Shown here: positions 28,201 to 35,847 of the stretch, one piece after another
How the letters are laid out: every line of letters starts with the position of its first letter
Position numbering within the stretch: the stretch's first letter is position 1
Assembly (NCBI GenBank): GCA_002506365.1
Contig: DAXK01000032.1
Span: 17,269-81,268 of the forward strand
Direction of reading: 5' to 3'
Length of the DNA stretch: 64,000 nt
Source: an archaeon UBA583
GTDB lineage: Archaea > Nanobdellota > Nanobdellia > Woesearchaeales > UBA583
Notes under the pieces: generated by a model
What the model was told of the DNA's origin: nothing
The model's database searches: none
What the model saw: only the letters and a program-made list of their open reading frames with translations
Made by a program: the position numbers and the translations under genes

Positions 28201-28255
28201 AATTTAATTTAATTTAATTTAATTTAAACTAAACTAAACTAAACTAAACTAAACT
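28201..28255. repeat. Two abutting pentanucleotide microsatellites, (AATTT)x5 then (AAACT)x6
   Basis: Read directly from the sequence. The AAACT tract contains the TAG stop and last codons of the exchanger gene. Confidence 0.9.
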
Positions 28256-29235
28256 AATCCAAAAGTTGAAAACACAAAAAAAGCATAAACAATTAATAAA
28301 GTCCATCCCTCCCATTGAGTAATCTTTTTATCTCTAGTCATAAACACATATAATAAAGTTGCAATAATCATAATAGGTAAAGCAAATCCAATTAATTCTG
28401 AACTAACCTTTAAATATCCTTCAGTTACAAACCAAGGAGCAAATAAAGCAGGAACTCCCATAACCATAAATGAATTAAAAATATTTGAACCTAAAACATT
28501 TCCAACTGCCATCTCCGCATTTCCTTTTCTAGCAGCAGAAACTGTAACCATTAACTCAGGTAAAGAAGTTCCAAGTGCTACAGCAATTACAGCAATAATA
28601 TCTTTCCCAATATCTAAAATATCTGAAATCATAATAACTGAATCAATTGTATACTTAGCACCTAAAAAAATAAAAAACACAGAAGCAACTAAAATTCCCC
28701 AAGTTTTAAAACCTAATTTTTCCTTTTTAATTTCTTCAATATGTTTTTCTTCATCTGAATTCTTTTTATCCTCAGACTCTTTATGAGTTGAAATAGCATA
28801 AGAAATATATAAAACAATTCCAAAAAGCATAATAACACCCTCACCAAATGTAAATTTACCATCTAAACTCATCATCAATAATAAAAAAGCTGAACATACA
28901 AGTAAAGGTAAATCAACACTCTCAATCTCATGAGAAATTGTAAACTTTTTAGCAATAATTGCCGCAATTCCTAATACAAGTAAAATATTTGCAATATTAG
29001 ACCCTATAACATTTGCTGCTACAATCTCTGAAGAACCTGCAAAAACAGCAATCAAAGATGAAACTAATTCTGGAAGTGATGTTCCAAAAGCTACAATAGT
29101 TACTCCAACAATAAATGCTGGAATTCCAAAATGTAATCCAATTTTCTCAGAAGATTCCGTAAAATAGTCTGAACTTTTAATTAATACTGCCAAAGCGACA
29201 ATAAAAATTCCAATCCACATAATTAAGTCAATCAT
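28249..29235 (-). CDS. Ca2+/cation antiporter (CaCA family, YrbG/NCX-like sodium:calcium exchanger)
   Basis: Two alpha-repeat signatures, GTSLPELVSSL and GTSLPELMVTV, each followed by GSNI.N. About 10 TM helices. Confidence 0.85.
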   Translation of the reverse strand: MIDLIMWIGIFIVALAVLIKSSDYFTESSEKIGLHFGIPAFIVGVTIVAFGTSLPELVSSLIAVFAGSSEIVAANVIGSNIANILLVLGIAAIIAKKFTISHEIESVDLPLLVCSAFLLLMMSLDGKFTFGEGVIMLFGIVLYISYAISTHKESEDKKNSDEEKHIEEIKKEKLGFKTWGILVASVFFIFLGAKYTIDSVIMISDILDIGKDIIAVIAVALGTSLPELMVTVSAARKGNAEMAVGNVLGSNIFNSFMVMGVPALFAPWFVTEGYLKVSSELIGFALPIMIIATLLYVFMTRDKKITQWEGWTLLIVYAFFVFSTFGLV

Positions 29236-29272
29236 ATTAAAATTAGTCTAAAATTCTTTATAAAAGTATATA

Positions 29273-30265
29273 TTAATCAAATTTCACAACACTAAACAAC
29301 TCATCAGGCAAAATCGAAAACTCCGATAAATTCAATTTATATTTCTCATCAAGTGTTTCTTTAAATTTAACTTGAGATACTCCCTCCGGTAAACTAGAAA
29401 CATCAATTTTAGGTAAAACATTTGTATCAAAAAACATAATCGAATTTATAGAATAATCTAAATCAAATTTATAATCTCTAAATTTATACGATACATCTAA
29501 ACCCTTACAAATCTCCCTTATAACTTCATCAAATTTTTTTAAATGAATCTCATCCAAATTAGAACTAATCTCATTAATTAAATCATTAATAGATTTTCCT
29601 CCTCCATGATGAACTCTTTTAACCATAATAGAACAAATTAAAACATCCATATCATCACCACTTTGAATTTGTTCAAGTGAAATATAATGTTCACGAATTA
29701 AATTTGAAGTAGTTTTAACTTCAATTTTTTCAAATCCTGAACTAAAATCAAATCGAGCATTTAAAGGTAAATGCCAAAAATCAAGTATTCTATTTCTATC
29801 TAAACTAGAATGAATTAATAATAATTCTCCAAATAATCCAACAACTTCATCATCTAAAATCTCCACACAATCAACAAATAAATTTTCAATATCTTCAATA
29901 TATCCCTTAATTTTAAAATTATCCGGATGTAAAGAATAAAAATTAATTAAATCAGAAATTAAAGTAAAAAAAGATTGAACTAAATTTGAATTAGTAGAAA
30001 TTAACTCAAAAGAAAAAAATGGACCACAAACTTGTCTATCTAAAATAGAAATTATATTATTTACTCCTCGAGAAATTTTAATATTTGAAAACTTTTCATT
30101 TGGTATCCCAATAAAATTAAAAATATCAGATTTAAAAAAAACAACTGGAAAATCACCAAACCTTTTCCCAACATAAACCCCATCCAAATTAGGAACTTGT
30201 TCAAAATTAATCTTTTTTTCACTAAGAGGAGTTTCTAGATTATTAAAAATTTGATTTAAATTCAT
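29273..30265 (-). CDS. PD-(D/E)XK nuclease-fold protein, DUF4420-like
   Basis: VVGLFGELLLI .. RFDFSSGFEKIEVKTTS .. REHYISLEQI matches the D..(E/D)xK core and flanking pattern of that family as I recall it. Confidence 0.45.
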   Translation of the reverse strand: MNLNQIFNNLETPLSEKKINFEQVPNLDGVYVGKRFGDFPVVFFKSDIFNFIGIPNEKFSNIKISRGVNNIISILDRQVCGPFFSFELISTNSNLVQSFFTLISDLINFYSLHPDNFKIKGYIEDIENLFVDCVEILDDEVVGLFGELLLIHSSLDRNRILDFWHLPLNARFDFSSGFEKIEVKTTSNLIREHYISLEQIQSGDDMDVLICSIMVKRVHHGGGKSINDLINEISSNLDEIHLKKFDEVIREICKGLDVSYKFRDYKFDLDYSINSIMFFDTNVLPKIDVSSLPEGVSQVKFKETLDEKYKLNLSEFSILPDELFSVVKFD

Positions 30266-30331
30266 AGAATTTATTATAATTTTATTTATTTAAATTAAAG
30301 GTTGAAAATTGAAACTAATTAAATAAAAATA

Positions 30332-31978
30332 TTAATTACAAACTAAATTAATTTTAATAAACTCTCTAGGTTGAATTAAGTCTAAATCACAATAATAAGA
30401 ACTCCGTAATTTAAATATCTTTGATGTAAAATTTCCATATCTATTAGTAAATAAACAACTACACCCATCAAAGTTATCATTGTAGCCCACTCTAAATTCA
30501 TATTTATGAATTGGTAAGTCTACATTATTAATTAGTATTGACTTATAGTTAGATAAATTATTTTTATTTTCAATTATAGTTAAAGGAAATGATTCACCAT
30601 ATATTCCATTATGTCTAGTAAAATAATAATAATCAATATTTAAAATTCTTGACTTCAAATCATTTTTAAAATATAATTCTACCTCATTAGAATACATATT
30701 AAAATTTGGAGACTTAGAATAGAATAGATCATTCCCGACACCATCAAAGTATGGTTGATAACCTATGATATTTAAGTTTTTATTAATAGGTATTGATACC
30801 TTATTAGTGGAGGTTGAATCAAATCCAATCGGATAATAAGGTAATTCAATTTCTACAAAAGCATCTATTTTTTTATAGAATATCTTATTCTCATCGTCAT
30901 AAATAATCTTTGAAACTTCTTCATTTAATGAAATAACTTGTGGATAAAAAATAGGTTGTAAAAATTGTCCTATAAAAATTAAACTTAAAAATGAAAAAAT
31001 AGTTATTTTATTTTTTTGTATAAATGGTATAAAGTTATCTTTAAATTTAAAGTCAAAAATAATATTTACAAAGTAAATTAATAAAAATAAAAAAATAATA
31101 TAAATTAAAAATAGATTTTTTTGTGAAAACATCATAATCACAATAAATGAATAAGATATAAAAACTAAAACTAGATTAAATTTAAAATTTTTAAACCTAT
31201 CAATCTCCAAATTATAACTATAATATACAATAGTTAATATTACAAAAACTATAAAAAAAATCAAAAGAACAATAAACAGAGTTAATATACTTTCATTACT
31301 AACTAAAGAATATATAAATAATAATCCCATAAATGAAATTGATACAAAAAAATAAATAAATGATAAAAATTCATAAAATAAGAATATTTCTTTATAATTT
31401 TTAAAATAAGCCTTATCATTTGTTTTTGTAATAAATAATCTAAATTGTATAAAAAAACTAGTTAAAAATGAATAAACAACTATAAATACAAAAATTGCCG
31501 AGAGAATAGCTTGTAATGTGAAAATTTCGAAGGGAATTTCATACCTTCTAAAATGTGTTAGTCCATATTCTTGAATAATCTTAAACTGACCCGAAGAATT
31601 TGTTAAAACAAATGATAAATTAAATCCTTTAATCTCTGAGTCTTTAGGTTCTAAAATTAATCGGTATAAATTTTCATCAACTTTTTTTGCTAATTTATAG
31701 TTTTTACTTGAAAAGTCTAATGAGATGAAATATACAGACGCATTTATTTTATCTGTAGGAAATTCAACTGTAAAATCTAAAAATTCCCCATAATAATAAG
31801 TTTTATCATTTAGAAAGTTAATATTTAAATTAGCATCAGTAGTATTAATTAATTTTACATTTGAATTAAATTGGTTATCATCTAACATTATAAAAAATAA
31901 AAAATAAATTGAAAATACACAAGACAAGATAAAAATTGAAATCCTAAAATAAAATTGTTTATAACTGATTTTTTTCAT
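30332..31978 (-). CDS. Large polytopic membrane protein with N- and C-terminal extracytoplasmic domains, unknown function
   Basis: 548-aa ORF with an extremely hydrophobic central region. Confidence 0.55.
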   Translation of the reverse strand: MKKISYKQFYFRISIFILSCVFSIYFLFFIMLDDNQFNSNVKLINTTDANLNINFLNDKTYYYGEFLDFTVEFPTDKINASVYFISLDFSSKNYKLAKKVDENLYRLILEPKDSEIKGFNLSFVLTNSSGQFKIIQEYGLTHFRRYEIPFEIFTLQAILSAIFVFIVVYSFLTSFFIQFRLFITKTNDKAYFKNYKEIFLFYEFLSFIYFFVSISFMGLLFIYSLVSNESILTLFIVLLIFFIVFVILTIVYYSYNLEIDRFKNFKFNLVLVFISYSFIVIMMFSQKNLFLIYIIFLFLLIYFVNIIFDFKFKDNFIPFIQKNKITIFSFLSLIFIGQFLQPIFYPQVISLNEEVSKIIYDDENKIFYKKIDAFVEIELPYYPIGFDSTSTNKVSIPINKNLNIIGYQPYFDGVGNDLFYSKSPNFNMYSNEVELYFKNDLKSRILNIDYYYFTRHNGIYGESFPLTIIENKNNLSNYKSILINNVDLPIHKYEFRVGYNDNFDGCSCLFTNRYGNFTSKIFKLRSSYYCDLDLIQPREFIKINLVCN

Positions 31979-32144
31979 AACTAATTAGTAAATATTCTGA
32001 TTATATAAAAAACTAACGGAAAATAGACAGTAAAATTAAGCTATATTATTGGATTTGAAAGTAATTTTGAACATTGTTCAAAATTTCCTCAAAAATCGAA
32101 GATTTTTCGAGTGAGTACAATGTGCTCACGGTCGCACTGAGTCT

Positions 32145-32181
32145 CCGGAGGAGGTCAGTGGTGAAAAGGAACTCTTCGTTA
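32145..32181 (+). pseudogene. Partial, degenerate copy of the tRNA-Met 3' half, inverted relative to the intact gene
   Basis: CCGGAGGAGGTCAGTGGTGAAAAGGAACTCTTCGTTA vs tRNA CCGGAGGTCAGTGGTTCAAATCCACTCTTCGTTA: 29/34 aligned positions identical plus a 3-nt insertion. The T-arm can no longer pair. Confidence 0.55.
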
Positions 32182-32193
32182 TTCAAAGATAGA

Positions 32194-32217
32194 AAAATTT
32201 TCACTCGTGAAAATTTT
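32194..32217. repeat. Perfect 11-bp palindrome AAAATTTTCAC-tc-GTGAAAATTTT
   Basis: The core TTTTCACGAG(G)TGAAAA is shared with 34921-34939. Confidence 0.6.
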
Positions 32218-32228
32218 GAATAGAATTG

Positions 32229-32234
32229 AAAAAA
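32229..32234 (-). terminator. T6 tract immediately after the tRNA discriminator base
   Basis: AAAAAA on the plus strand abuts the tRNA 3' end. Oligo-T is the usual archaeal termination signal. Confidence 0.5.
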
Positions 32235-32309
32235 TAACGAAGAGTGGATTTGAACCACTGACCTCCGGGTTATGAGCCCGGCGAGCACTCCTAACTGCTC
32301 CACTTCGTT
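32235..32309 (-). tRNA. tRNA-Met (CAT), initiator type
   Basis: Hand-folded cloverleaf with 7-bp acceptor AACGAAG/CTTCGTT, D stem GAGC/GCTC, anticodon arm CCGGG-CTCATAA-CCCGG and T arm AGTGG-TTCAAAT-CCACT. A1:U72 and three G:C pairs next to the anticodon loop are initiator hallmarks. Confidence 0.85.
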
Positions 32310-32337
32310 AATATATATGTATTAATTTAATAAAACT

Positions 32338-32360
32338 TTGTGAAAACATTGTTTTCACAA
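32338..32360 (-). terminator. Hairpin TTGTGAAAAC-att-GTTTTCACAA followed (minus sense) by AGTTTTATT
   Basis: Perfect 10-bp stem downstream of L18e. Homologous to the element at 49763-49785. Confidence 0.4.
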
Positions 32361-32361
32361 C

Positions 32362-32391
32362 GGATTAGAAATTTGTAAACAAATTTCTTGA
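32362..32391. repeat. Hairpin element GGATTAGAAATTT-loop-CAAATTTCTTGA, copy 2
   Basis: Shares 13-nt and 12-nt identical blocks with 166-192. Lies 11 nt downstream of the L18e stop. Confidence 0.5.
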
Positions 32392-32401
32392 AATAAATCA
32401 A

Positions 32402-32770
32402 TTATTTTAAAATAACTGGTTTATCTTTAGGATTCTTTGAAATATAATCCTTAATTGTTACAAACTTACCACCAGCAGCCTCAATTGACTTAATAGCTGA
32501 TGATGAAGCGTTAAATGCTACAACTGTAACCTTCTTAGATAAAATACCTTCACCTAAAACCTTTCCAGGAACAATAACAACTTCTCCACCTTTAGTATAC
32601 TTACTAATTTTGGATAAGTTTGTTTGTGCTCTTTGACTCGCAGACCCTGCTAAAACCTTAGCCACTGCTTTCCAAGTACCAACACCTGATGTTACAGATA
32701 ATTTTTTTAAATCTCTGATAGTATCAAATAGAACTTGATTTGTTGTTTTCGTTTTTGGAATAACCGCCAT
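32402..32770 (-). CDS. rpl18e: 50S ribosomal protein L18e
   Basis: VVIVPGKVLGEGILSKKVTVVAFNASSSAIKSIEAAGGKF matches the L18e/L15 family pattern. 122 aa. Confidence 0.85.
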   Translation of the reverse strand: MAVIPKTKTTNQVLFDTIRDLKKLSVTSGVGTWKAVAKVLAGSASQRAQTNLSKISKYTKGGEVVIVPGKVLGEGILSKKVTVVAFNASSSAIKSIEAAGGKFVTIKDYISKNPKDKPVILK

Positions 32771-32837
32771 CGTACTAAAAATAAAACAACTCCAGTTTAT
32801 AAAGTTTTCTTAAAATCAAAACTATTAAAGAAATTAA

Positions 32838-33173
32838 TTAATCAAAATCAATCCTAAACTCAAACCCGTGCTTAGTAAATCCTTGTTTTTCATAATAACT
32901 ATGTAATCTCTCCTTTACAAACCTTGAAGTAAAAATCATCTTATAACAATTATTCTCCCTAGCCAAATCAACAATCTTATTCATTAACTCCTTACCCAAA
33001 CCATCTCCACGATAACTCTCATCAACAAAAACATCCTCAACAAACCCAAAAGGTCGCTTATGAATATCATTATTCATCAAATATAAAAACGCATGACCTA
33101 CATCCTCCCCACCTCTCTCAACACAAACTCTAAAACCTGAAGACTTTACTTCACAAACCTTTAACTCACTCAT
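32838..33173 (-). CDS. Small GNAT acetyltransferase, candidate glucosamine-6-phosphate N-acetyltransferase (GNA1-like)
   Basis: GNAT motif A YRGDGLGKELMNKIVDLA. The C-terminal pattern NCYKMIF..YYEKQGF..GFEFRI resembles the GNA1 family as recalled. ATGA overlap with the glmS stop. Confidence 0.6.
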   Translation of the reverse strand: MSELKVCEVKSSGFRVCVERGGEDVGHAFLYLMNNDIHKRPFGFVEDVFVDESYRGDGLGKELMNKIVDLARENNCYKMIFTSRFVKERLHSYYEKQGFTKHGFEFRIDFD

Positions 33174-34918
33174 TTTACAGTCACCGACTTTGCTAAATTT
33201 CTTGGTTTATCAGGATTCAACCCTAACCTCTCAGCCATCTTAAGAGCTAATAACTGCAAAACAATAGTTCCAAAAATATCTTCAAAAACCTCTGGAACCT
33301 TAACAAAATAATCATAAACCTCATTCTCAACTGAACTAACTCCAATCAAAACACCACCACGAGTTTTAATCTCAATAGCATTTGACACAATCTCATCACA
33401 ATTCCCTAAAACCACAACAGGAACACCATCAGTAATTAAAGCCAAAGTTCCATGCTTTAACTCTCCCCCCGCAAAACCTTCAGCATGAATATAACTAACC
33501 TCCTTTAACTTTAAACTTCCCTCCAAAGCAAAAGGATGAAACTCATTTCTCCCAATAAAAAAACAATCAGGAGCTGAATAAAATTTCTCACAAACATCAT
33601 CCAAAATATTTAAACAATTTCCAATAAACCTATCAAACTCATTTTCATAAAAAGTTAAATCATCATTAATTTCCTTTCCACACAACTCATAATTCAATAA
33701 ATGAGAAACAAACACTTGAGCAGAAAAAGCCTTAGTTGAAGCAACAGAAACCTCACGCCCACAATTTAATAAAATAATTCTATTTGCAAAACGAGCTAAA
33801 GTTGAATTAGCAGTATTAGTAATTGTAAAAATCTCATTACTATCCCTTAGCTCACGCAACGGATAAATCAAATCTGCAGTCTCACCTGACTGACTCAAAA
33901 CAACAATAATTGAATCAGAAATAACTTTAGTGTAATTTTGTAACTCACTAGCTAAAATAATACTTGACATAATTCCATGCTTTAAAAGTTCATAATGCAT
34001 AACATAAGCAGCATGATAACTAGTTCCAGCGGCAGTTAAAACTAACTTACGCCCATTCCTTAAAGCATTCTTTAAATACTTAATAGAAGATAAATTCTCA
34101 CTTGTAATAATACTTCTTAAATTTTTTTGATCATAAATTTCTTTCTCCATATAAGTTGGAAAAGAATTCTCATCATCACACTCAGATTTTACTGACTCCT
34201 TAAACTCAGGAGAAAACTCTTTAAAATCACAATAAAAATGTGAACTAATATTATTCTCACTAATTGAACTAACTAAAACCTCTCCATCATTTAAAACATA
34301 AAACTTATCAGAATTATTTTGAACTAAACCAGAATCAGAACATAAAAATAACTCATCATCACAAACTCCAATAGCAATAGGATTAATATTTTTATAAGCT
34401 AAAATACAATTTTCATACTTTACAACAAAAGAAAATTCCCCCTTTAAATCTTCAAAAACTCTCTTACTTGTTAAAAGTAAATCATTTTCAACATTCCCAG
34501 TATCCTTAAAATACTTAGAAAATAAATGTGGTAAAACCTCAGTATCAGTTTCAGAATTAAACTCAACACCACAATTTTTCAAATCAGATTTAATATCTAA
34601 ATAATTTTCAATAATTCCATTCATAACAACATAAAACTTTTTATCACAACTCCAATGAGGATGAGCATTCTCCTTAGTAACTCCACCATGAGTTGCCCAA
34701 CGAGTATGACCAATTTCAACATTAGACTCAAATTTAGATAATCTATCTAACTCAAACTCAGACAACTCAGAAATATTTTTAGAAACAACTTCATCTGAAC
34801 CTAACTTATGTAACAAAACACCATAAGAATCATAACCTCTATACTCTAAAAACTTTAAACCCTTTAAAGTTTTAATTGGACTTAAATCCTTAGAAATTCT
34901 AGCAATTATTCCACACAT
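33170..34918 (-). CDS. glmS: Glutamine--fructose-6-phosphate aminotransferase (isomerising)
   Basis: N-terminal MCGI nucleophile, two SIS domains, C-terminal KPRNLAKSVTVK. Confidence 0.92.
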   Translation of the reverse strand: MCGIIARISKDLSPIKTLKGLKFLEYRGYDSYGVLLHKLGSDEVVSKNISELSEFELDRLSKFESNVEIGHTRWATHGGVTKENAHPHWSCDKKFYVVMNGIIENYLDIKSDLKNCGVEFNSETDTEVLPHLFSKYFKDTGNVENDLLLTSKRVFEDLKGEFSFVVKYENCILAYKNINPIAIGVCDDELFLCSDSGLVQNNSDKFYVLNDGEVLVSSISENNISSHFYCDFKEFSPEFKESVKSECDDENSFPTYMEKEIYDQKNLRSIITSENLSSIKYLKNALRNGRKLVLTAAGTSYHAAYVMHYELLKHGIMSSIILASELQNYTKVISDSIIVVLSQSGETADLIYPLRELRDSNEIFTITNTANSTLARFANRIILLNCGREVSVASTKAFSAQVFVSHLLNYELCGKEINDDLTFYENEFDRFIGNCLNILDDVCEKFYSAPDCFFIGRNEFHPFALEGSLKLKEVSYIHAEGFAGGELKHGTLALITDGVPVVVLGNCDEIVSNAIEIKTRGGVLIGVSSVENEVYDYFVKVPEVFEDIFGTIVLQLLALKMAERLGLNPDKPRNLAKSVTVK

Positions 34919-34920
34919 TA

Positions 34921-34939
34921 TTTTTCACCTCGTGAAAAA
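34921..34939 (-). promoter_or_regulatory. Hairpin TTTTTCAC-GAG-GTGAAAAA enclosing the glmS Shine-Dalgarno (GAGGTGA)
   Basis: 8-bp palindrome ending 2 nt before the glmS ATG. The SD lies in the loop and 3' arm. Confidence 0.3.
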
Positions 34940-34994
34940 AATGTTCCGACAACCATTGTGTTGGCGTGAACATCAATTTCTAAAAACATTGTTT

Positions 34995-35690
34995 TTAAAA
35001 TGAGCATTTTAAAACCTCCTCTGCTTTTGTTTGCTCATCAGGATTCCCAACAGGTAACCAAAAATTAGTTGGAACAACATTAACACTAGCTCCATTTTTA
35101 ATTAAAAAATTTAAATAATCAACAATTTCATACTCACCTCTAGAACTTAACTCTAACTTAAAATTAAAAATATCTGGAGTAAACATATAGACTCCAATAT
35201 TAACTAAATTACTCGGTGGATTTTCAGGTTTCTCAATAATTTCAATTAAATTATCATCTCTATCAATTTTTAAAACTCCAAAACTACTTGGATTACTAAC
35301 CTCCATACCAAGCATACCAAACTCACAATCAGCCAAAGACTCCAAATCAGAAACAGAATAAATATCATCTCCATTTAAAACCATAAATTTTTTATCCAAT
35401 AACTCTTTACAACACATTAAAGCATGTCCAGTTCCAAGTTGCTCAGTTTGCTCAACATACCTGATAGGAATTCCCTTATAACTATCTCCAACAACATCAA
35501 TAATTTTATCTTTTAAATACCCAACAACTAAAATAATTTCAGACGCAATATCAACTAAAGCCTCCAATTTATGTTCTAAAACAGACTTATTACAAACTTC
35601 AACTAAAACTTTTGGAATATTTTCAGTAACTGGAAGAAACCTCGTTCCCTTCCCACCACATAAAATAACAACTTGAATTTTATCTTTCAT
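34995..35690 (-). CDS. Sugar-1-phosphate nucleotidyltransferase (GlmU N-terminal/RmlA-like)
   Basis: VILCGGKGTRFLPVTENIPKVLVEV signature. Start placed at the internal ATG 35690 because a TATA-like box lies 21-31 nt upstream of it. The maximal ORF reaches 35711. Confidence 0.8.
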   Translation of the reverse strand: MKDKIQVVILCGGKGTRFLPVTENIPKVLVEVCNKSVLEHKLEALVDIASEIILVVGYLKDKIIDVVGDSYKGIPIRYVEQTEQLGTGHALMCCKELLDKKFMVLNGDDIYSVSDLESLADCEFGMLGMEVSNPSSFGVLKIDRDDNLIEIIEKPENPPSNLVNIGVYMFTPDIFNFKLELSSRGEYEIVDYLNFLIKNGASVNVVPTNFWLPVGNPDEQTKAEEVLKCSF

Positions 35691-35710
35691 ATAAAAAATC
35701 TGTAAACCCA

Positions 35711-35738
35711 TTAATTAAAAGTTTATTGTAACTAAAAG
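35711..35738 (-). promoter_or_regulatory. TATA-like TTTTAATTAA plus CTTTTAGTTACAAT motif
   Basis: Same architecture as the surface-protein promoters at 9221-9253 and 11045-11079. Confidence 0.3.
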
Positions 35739-35847
35739 TAAATAATTTAAACAATAAAAATTAAACCAAAAAAATATACTTTATAACTATAATTAAAATT
35801 GTAAATATAATTATATAAAATAATTATATATAAAAATTAGAGTAACT

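Noticed and set aside
28030-28255. Possible CRISPR or other spaced-repeat array in the A-rich spacer with repeated AAATAAA/AATTT/AAACT units
   Set aside because: The repeat units are 4-5 nt simple-sequence repeats without unique spacers. No 24-40 nt direct repeats or cas genes occur anywhere in the window.
32095-32181. Possible second, plus-strand tRNA (long variable arm or intron) ending in CTCTTCGTTA
   Set aside because: A weak acceptor pairing (ATCGAAG/CTTCGTT with a mismatch) can be drawn. However, the T-arm (AGTGG-TGAAAAG-GAACT) cannot pair and no D-arm or anticodon arm folds. It is better explained as a degenerate partial copy of the neighbouring tRNA.
32046-32303. 85-aa minus-strand ORF from the ORF track
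   Set aside because: It reads straight through the tRNA-Met gene (the VVQIHS peptide is the translated T-arm) and the tRNA-fragment/hairpin region. It is not a protein gene.
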